NCBI GenBank assembly: GCA_013239625.1 | Contig: MU054323.1 | Location: 7,181,220-7,245,219, forward strand | Direction of reading: 5' to 3' | Source of the DNA: Lama guanicoe | Taxonomy: Eukaryota | Length of the DNA stretch: 64,000 bases | Shown: positions 38,020-63,010 of the stretch, in pieces | Position numbering within the stretch: the first letter of the stretch is position 1 | Layout of the letters: each line of letters begins with the position of its first letter | The notes under the pieces: model-generated | What the model was told of the DNA's origin: nothing | Databases searched by the model: none | Seen by the model: the letters and a program-made list of their open reading frames with translations, nothing else | Program-made: the position numbers and the translations under genes

Positions 38020-38270
38020 ATCGTCAGAGCAGATGAGGAGGCCAGGCCCCGCGCACGGCCCCCCGCGCAGGTACGATGGGACCTCCCTGCGCCCAAGGAA
38101 ACCACAGCGAGGAAAGGACAGCGCCTCTAGGGCAGCCGATGGAGGAGGTGCGCGCATGCGCGCAGGGCGGAGGCCAATCCCTCCCCCAAGTCCCCAGGCT
38201 GTCGGGGGAGGCGGCCGGGACCCTCTGGAGGCAAAGCTGCCAGTCTGTTGTGAGACCCCGAGGACCCCCC
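38020..38270. promoter_or_regulatory. Small CpG-rich promoter-like element (NRF1, GC box, CCAAT)
   Basis: TGCGCGCATGCGCGCA 38149-38164, GGGCGG 38165-38170, CCAAT 38174-38178. Confidence 0.7.
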
Positions 38271-41200
38271 AAATCCAGCCAAGCTGTGGATACCTGAGCA
38301 CACCGCACCCTTTCCATCATACTCTTCTCTGCTGCTTTTCTCCTATGCTGTTTTTTGTTTGCTTTACAAAAATATATGTAAAAGAACGATGATTAGTGAA
38401 GGAACACGATAGACCTCTTGCTCATTTCAATATAGTCTGATAATTAGCACCCTCCAAATAAAAGACAAGAAAATAATCTAAATGTCCCCAGAGGATGGGT
38501 TAAATAAATCATGCTACGACAATGGGGTGGAATAGTATGTAGCCATTAAAAATGATGTTTTCAAAGAATATTTAGCATGGTGGGAAAATGTTCACAATAG
38601 AATGTTAACAGAAAAATAAGATCTGGCACACAGTGAGTTCTCAATAAATGTTAGTAATTAGTACAAAACAGTATGTTCGTGAATAATACAGTTTTAAATT
38701 AGTAAAATGTGTATGTATCTAATGCAAAAGAAAAATAGAGAAACAAACTCCAACAGCAGTTATCTCTGGGAGGTGGGTTGATGAATGATTTTTTGCTTTT
38801 CCCCTTTTTTGGTTATTTAAAAATTTGGTTCAATCAGCATAACTTTAGGGATGGAGGAGAAAAAGAATCGTGTTGTATTAATTTTTTAAAAAGCCCATGG
38901 TCCACTCTCTAGGGGTAGAGATAGAGGTTGCTCTGAGGGCACAGGTGACCCTTTCATTGGGCAGGTGCTGCTTCTAAGCAAGCCTGGAGGGTGGAAACAG
39001 TCTGGTGGGCTGGGATGTCAGACAGCACCTCTGTCCATCTTCTACCTGGGAAGTTACAGGGAGGTTTTTTGTGAGCCTCAATTTTCACATCTGTAAAATG
39101 GGCAAAATGACCTGGGTGCAAAGTCTTTGTGTGGAAATTAAATGAGATAATGCATGTAAAGGACTTGGCACAAAGCTGGACCCATGGGAATTTCAGTCAC
39201 CGTTGGCAACTGCGGGGTGGGTTTCCTTGTATATAGTGGACTCAGTAATAAACATTGCTTCTCTTCTCGACATAACCTGGGCATTTATGCAGCTGAATTG
39301 CAACTAACAGAGGCCCCAGACATTGGGAACAACTCCCTGAACCTGCTCAGCCCAGCAAGAGACTTCTGAGACTGTGAGGTCCCCACACGTGTCGGGCTGG
39401 CTGTTGTTACTCATTCTACAAACATGTACTGTGCTTCTGGGGATACAGTAAAGACAAGACGGAGTCTGTGCCTGTCCTCCTGGATTTCCATCTTAGTGAG
39501 GGAGACACAATAAATGAGTCAACAAAATGATTATCCATTGTGTATGATAAGAACCACAATGGAAACAAACAAGGGGCTGAACAGAAAATTAACAGGGAGG
39601 GGATCCAAATCTGATCCAGGGTAGCCTCTCTTGGGGAAACGGTACCAGTGGAAGTGTCTGCACACAGTAGGAGCTACAAAATAGGAACTCTCTTACTGAG
39701 GTTCCCCTGTGCCTTGGCTTCCAGCTCCTGCATGCCCCCCCAGCTCCAAAGAGCCAGCCCCCTGGGGTGGTGAATGGAGAAGGAGCAGGGAAGGGTGAGG
39801 GGCCATGCCTACACACCCTGGAGGAGGGAGCGGGGATCTGCCACGGAGACCTTCGGAGACCATCCCAAGACATGTGAGAGGTGAAGTGGGGGCAGGTAAC
39901 GGGCTGCAACCTGCAGCCTTGAAGTGTGTGCAGACGGGTTTCGAAATTCGGGTGTTGTCATTATGAGCCTTTTGATCATGGCAGAGTATGTGTCCCATCT
40001 CTAAAATGGGATAACAATACCTAGCACAGAGGATTGTGAAGACGAATTAGTACAGAATGATTTCTGGTACATAGTGAGCACTCAATGCATGTTAGTGATA
40101 ACAGTGAATATAATGACTACAGAATGGGCCCTGTGGATACTGCAGAGACAAGGACAAGTCCCTGCTCTTGCAGAGCTTTCATCATAGTGGGGAAGATAGA
40201 CGATAAATAGGGAAGCCAAAATAATGAGTAAGAATTTCAGAGGGTGATAGCTATGAAGATAATGAAGAAAATAGGAAGGAGTGGGAACAAGACTTCTTGA
40301 GATAGAGAGAAGTCAGGGAGTGTGCCTCTGCACTGAGACCTGAATGAGGGGAAACAGACAAAGGAGGGAGATGATCAAGCTTTCCCAGTAGAGGGTGCAG
40401 CTTGTGCAAAGGCCCTGTGATGATAAAGAGCTTGGCATGTTCACAGAGAAGGCCAGTGTGGCTGGAGTGCCATCAGAGGCTGACAACTTTGGAGGCCAGA
40501 GTGAGAAGGGTTTGTTCTTGTTGCAAAATCAAAACTGATGGGCCTTTTTTTAAGGGTTTGATTTTTAATGAGATCATTCTGTGTATTGAATAGGCTGGAA
40601 GGGACAGAATCAGAGGCAACAAGACTTGTGGTATGATGGGGACAGAGGCCAGTTAGGGGACAGATGACAGGGACTTGGGCTAAAGCTGCAGAAGTAAGAT
40701 AGTGAAAGGTGGCCGAATAGAGGATCTAGTCAAAGGTGAGGCCTGTTAGAACAAGCTGTGACTTGGACGTAGGAAGTGAAAGAAAGGAGAAGACCCAAGG
40801 TTTTGAAGCCAATTAAGTGCCATTACTAAGATGTAGAAGACTAGGAGCCAGCTGGGAGGAGACCAAGAATTCCGAGTGTTGACAGGTCACTTTCAAGGTG
40901 CCTGTTTAACCTCCAAGTTGGGGAAGGGGTTGAGCAGACAGTTGGATATGAGAACCTGGGCCTGAGAGAAGTCATTGGGTGAGGTAAGGGGGATGTGGGA
41001 GCCTCGGACGCCTCGCATATGCAGAGAACAGGAAGAGGAAAGGGCTCAGTCTGATGGGAAGACACGGAGTGTGATGTCAGGAGCCCTGGGAGAAGGGGTT
41101 CCAGCTCCTGACAGGTCAGGGGAATGGGGTGGGGGTTGCTGGGGCGGGTGAAGGCCCCACCACCGCTGCCAGTGGGTGGAGGGGAACAGGGAGTGAGAAA

Positions 41201-44200
41201 GCAGAGCTGGCAAATGCTGGAGTGCTTTCAATGTTTGCTGTAAAGTAGAGCAGAGAATTAGGGCATCTGGATGGGGGGCAGAGGACAGTGTGTGTGTGTG
41301 TTTGAGGTGGATGAGGGGCCATTAAAGAAACGGAGAAGACAGAGGGAACCATGGCGGGAGAAGAGGGCAGAGTGGGATTTGGAGCCGGGTGGAGGGAGGT
41401 GGTGGAGCAGGGCAGGGCAGCTCCCTCTGGAGACAGTCCAAAGGGGCGGGTGTGGGGAGAAGGACAGGGAGAGAACGAAGTCCTCACCCTGGGTCAGGCA
41501 AGACTTAGGTGATGGATAAGGCTCACACCGCTGTTACAGGGGCCAAGACAGGGCCAGGCAAGGGATGGACACTACGTGAGAGCTAGGGGTATATTTTTCA
41601 ATGCTGTTTTTTCCCTTTTCTCGGGAGGAGTCCAGGCCTTGTGATTCCATCAGGATCAAAGCTTCCTGGAGGCTCTGGGCTCCCTCCCTCAACCAAAGTC
41701 CACCAACTTTGGCTAAAGTCCTGGGCTCAGAGGGGCCATGCGGTGGCGTGTCTCCAAAGGCAGGGACCCTCCCTGCCCTGGTGCTCACTGCTATCCCCAC
41801 ACCTGGGCTGGGGGTGGGGGCACCGGAGGCCACGGGCTTGACGAGAAGACAAAACCCAGGTTTCCAATGGGAATACCCAAGCTTAAGCTAACCTGCCTGA
41901 GTTCACACAGGGTCCAGAACTGCGGGTTCTAAAATGGTGGTCTTTTTCTGACACAGTTCAGGGCACCTAGGACTTTGGGGTTGAGGGGGAGGGGTTGGCA
42001 GTCTTGCTCTCTGAGATTTGAATCCAACTCTGAAAATCGCTGTTTTAGGTGCCTACCTCTCAGAGGATTTGGCTGCCAAACCCCCAGGCACTTCTTCCCA
42101 ACCCAGCCGCACACCCTCACAGGATGTGTGAGGGGAGGAAAAGGTACCACTGCAATGGGTGGGCCGTGATCTTTAGCTGGAACTAAAGAGAAAGGGAGCT
42201 TTGAGGGTGATGCCAGGAGACTGTCCTAGGGGAGCCCTGTCCCCTTTGAAGTGACTTCCCTGTGCCCCCACCTCCAACACATACTTTCTTCCCCTCACTG
42301 CAACCCCTCCCCTAACACCCACACCCCCAGGAAGTATACCCACTGCCCACACCTGCACCTCTGGCCCTGCTGTATGCAGCTTTGACTCCACAACCAGCCA
42401 GCCCCCAGGCAGCCTCTCCCTGCCCTCCCTCCTCTATTCCACTCCAAATCCACGGGCTGAGGTTTTTGAGCCAAGGAAGTTTCTCCTGAACCAGTAAGCC
42501 TGGGCCCGGTGGTGTGTGTCTTCTCCTCCCCACTGGAGCACACCCCCCAGGGCAGGCCTAGTGGGCTGCGGATCCTCTCATTTCCCTACCGCCTTGACCC
42601 CTGCCCAGCCCTGACTCTTCCCTGTCTCTCCCAACCACTCCACCATCAAATGTTTAGATCCAGGAACTTCACAGGACAGTTTTCATTAACGAGATGGCCC
42701 CAGTAGCTCCCTTCCATAAGCTCCGGCCAGAACCCCCACCCCCAGCTCAGATGACACTTGGTGTTCAGCCTTGGCTTTCAGAGCCAGAGGGCACCAAAGA
42801 CACCCTCCCATTTCTCCTTAGCCTGGGAGCTAGAGTCTCAGAGATTCTGCCTGGATTCTACCCCCAACCAGGCTCACTCCAGGTATGCACTCCAGGTGAG
42901 CTAATTTTCAAAATTCGAGGACCAGTGCTGCTTCTACCTCTGGCTTCTTGATACAGATTTCTAGCTTCACACACACATAAAATGTCTTGAGTCTTAACTT
43001 TCCCACTGAGATGAACACATTTCTGAACTGGTAAACTAAAGATGCCATTTGTTTCCTTCTGAACTGAGAGCCTCAGAGCTGAAGTTCAGTCTGCCAGCCT
43101 CTGGGAGGAAATCAGGCAAGTACGTCAGGACCCGATCAAAATGTTCATCCACGTTGCCCCAGTAAGTATCATTTCTGGGAATGTATCTTAAGGAAAAAAA
43201 TACGAAATATAGGGGGGAAAGCCAACACATAAAGATATTTATTGCAGCTCTATTTATAGCTAAAATAAAATGCATATATATAGAAACAAACATCCAACAA
43301 GAAAATGCCATGCAGCCATTTTTTTAAAAAAGTATTCTACATCAACACTGAAAAGTACTGAGAAAAAAGTAGGATAAAAGTTAAATATACATTTACAATT
43401 TTGTAAAGAAAATTAAAAGTGCCCATGGGGAAAAAAAGAAGCCTGTTATTTTCTCCTTTTTCTCAAAATTTCCCCTTATAATTTCTTCCAAAGCTGCCAG
43501 CAAAGTGATGTAGCCCTAAACCTCCCCCAAAGTCTAACGTACGAAAGAAGCCTTGAATAACCCTCCCTGAAGATAAAACACCATTGGCCGGACCCGCTTG
43601 GCACTTAGGAAATGGAAACGTAGCGTGGAATGCCGGGGGGCTCAGAGAGGAGACGTGATGGGAAAAGCCCAACTCTTCTGTGTTCGGATCAGTCTCTTAG
43701 ATGGGAGGACAGGGAACTAGTGACTTTCTGGCCAAGAATTACGAGGACAAAGGGGATGTGGTGTGTAAATGGGCTCTTTCAACCACAAGGCACCGTCCAC
43801 TTGCAAGATGGTACCGAGGAGGGGCAGGTCAGCCAGCAGGCAGCAGACCCGGGGTTCAGAGGAGGGTTAGCAGTAGTTGTCCAGTGCCTCTAACTGCCCA
43901 GGGCTCCCCTGTCCTCAGGGTGGCCCCTGCACTGCTGGTCAGGGGCGGAAAAGGGCCTTCCTTTTGCGGAGCTGAAACAGGCCACCTTCTGCCACCTGGC
44001 CCGCTTCCGCCTGCCACACGGAACTACCCAGAATCATCCCCGCCCTTTGGGCTCACCCTGTCACTGTCTGCAAACATCTATCAAGTCTCCCTTTTTTCGG
44101 CCAAATGCCTGGGTCCCTTGCACAGTCCAGGCTGCCCACCACCCTGCTGCTCTCCTCTGGATGTCCTTCTGTGTTGGAGAAACCTGCCCCTACAGAGGGG

Positions 44201-44569
44201 AACTGTGCCCATAATGAAAGCCCTCTGGCTTGTCTGACACTGGCACCCAGCCCTCTCCTCTCTCCGCTCTAGTCTGTACGTTTCTCTTGCTTAGCCCTGG
44301 ACAGAATCTGCTTTTCCAGCAACCCTGCCGCACTCTAACTGATCTGTGAGTTTCAAGTCAACCAAACCACCATCCCACTTTACAGTCCCTGTTGAATGTT
44401 CAGGCAGGTGATGTCTTAAGGGAGGAACTGCGTTGTCTAGACCCAACCTGGGCACTTAACCCCTCTGAAGAAGGCTGCAAACAGTCATGTCAGGGGAAAG
44501 GAGACGCAAGACAAAAGGACATTATTACGGTGCTTTTTTCCGTTTTTCTTTTTGCACAAAAACAGTCCA

Positions 44570-44575
44570 TTTATT
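44570..44575 (-). terminator. DNMT3A: DNMT3A distal poly(A) signal
   Basis: Minus strand TGAATAAATGGACTGTTTTTGTGC at the end of the AU-rich UTR block. Confidence 0.75.
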
Positions 44576-47500
44576 CAAGTGTTCTCCAGCACAAGTACAT
44601 TAGAAAGGAGCTTTATTATATTCTTCTGGGCACAAAAAAAAAAAATGTGATGAAGGCGGAACTGACAGACTTTCTACATCTGCTGTACGCATTGACCTCT
44701 TTATAATTATTTCATAAACAGCTATGTCACAAGCATCACTTACACAGAGATACAACAGAACACCGGGGCACAGGGGTGGGGACCCGCGCAGGGCCCTCTC
44801 GCACACGCCCCTCCCTGATGTCCCAGAACCAGACTGTGAAATGTACATTATTATTGTCAATAAATAGAGAAGCAACCCTAAAAAAAAATACAGTGGTGAA
44901 AGGATGCTGGAACCAGGAAGGAAAAAAAAAAAAAACAAACAAAAAAAACAACCCAGCAACAACAAAGAGAAGAGGAACTGAAGAGAAAGGAAAGAGGGCT
45001 GGGGAGGGAAGGGTCCGGGGAGTAAGTCCTGCATTTAGCTGCGTGGAATGTGCAGTAAAAGTGTTCTCCCGCCGGGGTCAAAGCGAAATCGTCTGTAACA
45101 GTAAAAGTTATTACCAAATCAGCTACGGAGTTTATTCTTCAGTATGAATACATGATTTCCCACAAATAAGTAAGCACCCGCTACTTCAATGCCTCAGCTA
45201 AAACACATGAAATCGCTCATTTAGTTTTCAAGTACAAAGTTAAAATGCCTTTTTAATAATAATATATCAGAGTAAAATAATAGTCTCTTTTAAACTCCAC
45301 TACAAGAAAACAAAACAAACAGTCATTGTCCAGACAGCAGACTTAATTTAACAATATATATTTTTAATAAAATGTTTTAGCACCTTGTTGAGTCACCTCC
45401 TCCCTCTGCGTATTCTAAGGAATTTCGGCATTTTTGTGGTTGGTTGGATTCTAGGGCTGTGCAACCAAATCAGTCTGTGAAGTGAAATGGGACTCGGGTG
45501 ATGCTTTCGGATCCCTGCTCATGTCCTCAGGCCGGGGCTGGAGGCCAGAGACTGGAGGTTGAGGAAGCCGCCCTCCCACGTCCCTTGCGGGGGAGAGATT
45601 GGGGGAGTTTTCCAGTTACTGGAGTTACAGGAGTCTGCGGGCATCCGTCTGGGCAATTTAGCCGGTCACTAGCCAAGGGACCTTCCATCCTTGTCCTCCC
45701 TGCTTTTGACCTGCTTGTTTCTCCCTCTCCCCAAACGCTACTGCCAAGGGTCAGCGGTGAGCAGGTGGTCACTAACCACAGCCCCACTCAGCTGGGTGGA
45801 TCTCTGAAACAGGGACAGGAGGGGCTGCCCTCACTTCCCGAAGACCCCAGCCTTCCTTTACCAAAACGTAAAGATTTGAGAGCTTCTGCTAGAACGGCGG
45901 AGTCCATCCTTGATAGAAATCTATCCTTTCCTCCAAACACTCGCGGTTAGTCCCTGTCTCAGCAGGGAACGGCCGGGAAGGCCATCCCAGCTCCACGCCA
46001 TCCCTCCAGAGGTGGAAGAAAGGCTTCAGCTGCCTCCTGCCAGAGGGCAGGACAACTCCAGTGTCACCTCTAATCACAAGTGCTGGACAGGTCCAGACGA
46101 GACCACACCTGATGACCAGTTCAGATTCCTCCCCTCCTGGGATCGAAACGGGGCCTGGCTAGAAACCCAGTTCTGACCAGCACCTTGGCTCGGCTGCTAC
46201 TTTGACCACAGGAAACGACCAGCCCTCATGGTGCCAGGCAGGCCCCATGGCCCTAACCCTACAAGCTTCCTGAAAACGACACCTCTGAACGACACCAGTG
46301 CCACAGCATCTCTGCACAAAGCGGAGCAGCAACAGGAATTCAAAACTGCCTTTGAGACCCACTTTATATATACTTGTATCATCAGAGAGATGAAGGCTAC
46401 CCATGGCAGTTTTCCCAAAGAACCTTCCCCAGATGGCTCTGCTGAGATGGTCCCTCCCTTGCTCCTGTTACAGACCTTCCCACGCTGGATATGGTGAGTT
46501 ATCCCCATCTAGACGTCCCCAGAATTGCCGGCTAAGTGGCAAGTATGGGGAGCTGGTCCTCATTAGACAAGTTCAGTGTCCACCAGCCCACCTCCCTGCC
46601 GGGTCTGCCTGTCCCAATCTGCACCCTAGTGACTCACCAAAAACTCACACAGGCACCTTTGCCAGCCAGCCACTCCCAGGACTGTCTCAAAAGCTAAGCA
46701 GTCCTGGATGCTCTTTTGGGAAGTTTGCTTCCTAGTAGAACGTTCAATAGCAGGAAGGTACTGGGGTCTAGAAAGAAAAGCGGACAGTGCACACCCAGGC
46801 TGTCATCCACCAACTGCAAGACCGTCATCACCCGCTGCCTCCCAGCCTACTGCTCTTCAGTCATTCGCTGGGGAAGGGGATCAGCACCAGCCAGCTGGAG
46901 ACTAGCTTCCTCCTCGGGCAGGTGACCCAGGGCTGTGCATCCCACCTGAGCCCCCGGCTACCTCCCCCAGACAAGAGCCACAGATCTCTTTGGCACCGAA
47001 CTCCACTTGGCACCTGTAGGCAGATGGGGGCATCATCCTCAGGCCCTCATTCTCAGGGATTTGTAAATGGGCCTGCTCTTTAGAAAGAACACCCCACTGG
47101 GAACACACTCCAGATTTTTCCCTAGGCCTTCTTGGTTTCTCCCGCCCCACTGCCTCTACCTTCAGCCTCACACGCAGAATCCTCCACCTGAACCTTAGCA
47201 CGATCTTGCCTCAGCCTGTCGAAGCACAGCTCCCTTTTAGGTGACCAGATTCCTGTCCCCAGAAGCCCCCCAGGGTTGGAAGTAGATTAAGAACACCCCA
47301 GCATGACCACGCTGGCACATTCCCGAGGCCCCCTGCACCCTACCAAGTTCCACTGTGGGACCAAGCCCACGGGTGTGGCTGGAGGAAAAGCTGGTGATTG
47401 TTAACTCTCATCCCTCCGAGGGTGCATCTGGCCTGTTCTGGGGCCTAGTCAGGTTGCTGGACCTGGAGGAACATGTGTTAGTCGCCAACAACCAGGCCTC

Positions 47501-48530
47501 CTCTGAGCAAGCTGGCAGACCCACACTGACCCCTCAGGCTTACCACATCCTTGGCTACCAAGTTTCTTCCCCACACCAACCCCTGGGTGGAGCTTGGGCC
47601 ATGGGGAAAGACAAACTCCTGCACACATGCAGTGGACAAAGGCCTAGGAGAGCCAGAAGAGCTGGGAGGTCTGTTTGCAGAGGAAGAGGCTCTGTCCTGA
47701 CACTGGGGCTGGGAAGACCTTAGCGCTGGCCGGCAGGGGAGGGAGCACCTTGGACTGCCTGTGGCAGCCCTCCTCCCCCAGCCCTCCTAGAGTGGTGCCA
47801 GTGGGCTCCCCAGGAAGATGGAGCTGGGCTGGAGGAGGGGGCAGGGCGAGCACCACAATTAGGTACAGACTCCAACAAGGGAGGGGTAGAGGGATCCCCC
47901 AAGCTGCTCCAACCCTGGGGGGCCCACCGGCACCACCTGCCATCACAGCACGGAGCTGGCAGGAAGCAACTGGGTATGATCTTAAAAACCAATCTGACAA
48001 GGAAATGAGAAGCTTGGGGTCTGGGACTAAGCCCCCTTAACAGGAGCAGGAGACCATGGCCACCAGTTGTGAACTTATTCCTGAGCAATGAGCAAGGGAT
48101 TCAAAGCTTGGTTTAGTTTTGTCACAATTACCAATTTGATTTATTCAAAAGGTGAGGTTCACTGTCCCATTTCTTTTTCCAATGGAAGCCCCCTAGCCAA
48201 GACAGCCCTGGACGTCAATTTCATTTTGGTCGGGGGAGAATAGGTAGGGGGAGTCGAGGGCGGACTTGACGGTGCCTAGGGTTGCAGGTCAGTGTCACAG
48301 GTTGCTAACAGAAGAATCTTGTGACATCACCAGGGGCAAAAGAGATAGAACGCTACCTGCTAGAGGAGAGCACCTGCTAAAAGAAAACCTCCTCCTTTTC
48401 CTGCCTTCAGCACCTAGCAACTTCTGGGATTGACAGTCTACCTGCAATCAGGGCAACAGAGGTAAAGAGCTGCAGGGCCGACTCCGCAAAGTCCTGGATC
48501 CTGGGGAGAATAGCGCTGGGAGCTCCCTGG

Positions 48531-48590
48531 CTGTGTCTGTGTATGTGTGCGTGTGTGTGTGCGTGTATGTGTGTGTGCGCGCACACGCAT
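48531..48590. repeat. (GT/GC)n alternating purine-pyrimidine tract in DNMT3A 3'UTR
   Basis: GTGTATGTGTGCGTGTGTGTGTGCGTGTATGTGTGTGTGCGCGCACACGC. Confidence 0.85.
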
Positions 48591-49606
48591 CTGTTATGCA
48601 TCGTAGAGAAACATGTTCCTGTGTGTGCGTGTGGGATTGATTGATTGGTGTGGGGCTTGTCTGCGGTGGGGTCCAAGACTCAGCATTCTGAGCCTCCTTC
48701 CCCCGCTCCCCACTCCATAATATTTCTTATACATAACCCTATCTATGTATTTATATAGTGCCTATCACCATAGGCCCTATCTTTCTAGGGATGCGAACGT
48801 GGGACCATGTGCTTGACAGCACACCTCCCAGCCCTGCCAGTCCCAGGAGGTGCCATTCCCCCCTCCCATTATAAAATATATATCTCTATATGCCACATAT
48901 CTACACCCCATCTATCCAGGCAGGCATCTGCCCGTTGGGCCCTCACCCTGGAGCCACCCACGCTGCCCTTGCCTACCGCCAACGTCAGGCTGCCTGCCTC
49001 AGTGGGAAGCGGAACCAAGTGTCGTGCACTTGGGGCTCCAGGTGCTGCTGACTCGAGGTAAGAGCACAGCTATCATCAGACCAAGTACTAGAAAAGAAAT
49101 ACACACCACTCCAATCACACACACGAGGAGAGAGACGGCCTGGTCCTCCCTCTAGCCCTGACACACGTGACTCGAGAGGAGGGAAGCAGAAGAGAAGAGG
49201 GACGCGTCCGGAAGGCCGGCCTTGGGGACTCCAGCTGTCCGCTGCGCCCGGTGGCCCACCTGGCCCGAGGGGTGGGGAGCCAGGGCACCAGGGCCACCAC
49301 TAACTTAGAAGCACCCTGCTCCCCGCACCTTGGTTTGAAACCTAAAGGGAGGGGGGGTTGGGTTTTTGTTTTCTTAAAGAAAATCTGAAAACAAACATAA
49401 TTATAACCAGAACCATAAGAATAATTATAACAAAAGGTGTCATCAGCCTCCCAGTATAAAACTGCAGCCTGTGGAGATGACCAAAAACATCATGTTCCAG
49501 GGGCCGGAAGCCGCCTTGTGCACAGAGGGTGGATGGTGGGGGCCTCATAAAAGAACACACAAAAAGCGACTTAGACAGGAAAGCACCAGTACGTTTTGTA
49601 TGTTTT

Positions 49607-49612
49607 TTTATT
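49607..49612 (-). terminator. DNMT3A: DNMT3A proximal poly(A) signal
   Basis: Minus strand AATAAA ~1.28 kb after stop, followed by U/GU-rich TTTTTGTGTGTTCTTTT. Confidence 0.78.
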
Positions 49613-50040
49613 TGCTCCAGGTGGGGTTTGAACTGTCACTTGCCCGCACTCTGGATTTTTTTCTGATCCCACCGCAAGGAGCCCTCAAATCGGCTAATGT
49701 GAGAAATTGGGAATGAAGACCCCTCATCCTGCCATCTTGCCGAGGGAGTCTCCTTTTCGAAAAAAAATCAAAAGGTTATTGCGTGAGCCTGGATGGACCC
49801 CACTCTCAGCTTTCCACGGTCCCAACCACCGAATCTCACCCCCTTTTTTGGCAGGGAGAAGCGGGAGCACGCTCTTCCCAAATTCTCCTCCTTCACCTGG
49901 CTAAACACCAAGGGGAAAAAAATACTCCACCATGGTCACCATTCACCTCCAAGCTGTCTCCCTTTCTCCATCCTTGGTTAAAACCCTTTGCACATAAGGC
50001 AACGTGGAAGCTGATGTTTTTACTCATCTCGCTGTTGTAA

Positions 50041-50199
50041 AGCACCATTATGAAGTCGGGTTGTACAGTAGTTAACAGTACCTTTTATATATATATCTCA
50101 TATCTATCATATATATATAAACTGTAAACAAGAGGTAACAGCGGCTTCTAGAAACTGATTTTCTTCAAGGTTTCCTGTGTGGTAGGCACCTGAATACTG
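50041..50199 (-). promoter_or_regulatory. DNMT3A: Cluster of miRNA seed matches in DNMT3A 3'UTR
   Basis: mRNA-sense sites: miR-29 TGGTGCT (50041-50047), miR-199-3p ACTACTG (50066-50072), miR-101 GTACTGT (50075-50081), miR-30 TGTTTACA (50123-50130), miR-200b/c CAGTATT (50193-50199). Others elsewhere: miR-143 TCATCTC 50698-50704, miR-29 49582-49588 and 45378-45384, miR-26 TACTTGAA 45227-45234. Confidence 0.7.
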
Positions 50200-50890
50200 T
50201 ATAAAAGGGTCTTGTGTGGTGTTCTCGTCTCTCTGCTGCTAGCTGGGTTGTGTTTTGCATGACCAGGAATGGTGCTGGCAAGACAGCTCAGTGGCTGGGA
50301 GGGAACTCTGCCGCCTGAGTGTCTATATTCTGTCCCCTGTTTGTGCTCCTATCTGATCAGGCTAGAGACAACAACAAAAAAAGATATATAGTAAAAAAAA
50401 AAAAAAAAAAAAAAAAAATCCAATATATAGATTTTTATAGAATTTCCTTTTTTCCTTCTCTCCCATCTTTCCTCTGCAAGGTATGGTTACTATTGTTTGT
50501 TACTGATTTTTTTTTTTTTGCTGCAATAAACCCTCTTGTTTCAGTCACAGCAAGAAACAAAAACCCAAACAAACAGAAAACCCCTCTGAAAAGAGTAGAA
50601 AACAAAAGGTTTGACCGAAAAAAAGGGGGTGGGGAGGGTGAGGGGGGAGCATGGTTTTGTTTTTAAATAGGACTGAAGATTAACATTGAAAAATCAGGAG
50701 ATGATGTCCAACCCTTTTTGCAAGGCAAAGCCCTCCGGAATATCCGCCTCTGGGTTTTTTTGTTGTTTTAAATTCCTTTTTCTCTTCTGGGTGCTGATAC
50801 TTCTCTCCATCCTCATGTGTTTTGCTGTGTTTTGTTTTTTTGTTTGTTTGTTTAGCTTTGTGTCACTACCTCGGTTTGCCCTCATGTCCC

Positions 50891-63010
<12,120 letters not shown>

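Larger units (their letters stand above)
44550..50890 (-). other. DNMT3A: DNMT3A long 3'UTR (~6.3 kb)
   Basis: Runs from the stop codon to distal AATAAA at 44575-44570. U-rich tracts and miRNA seed clusters, no recognisable interspersed repeats. Confidence 0.8.
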
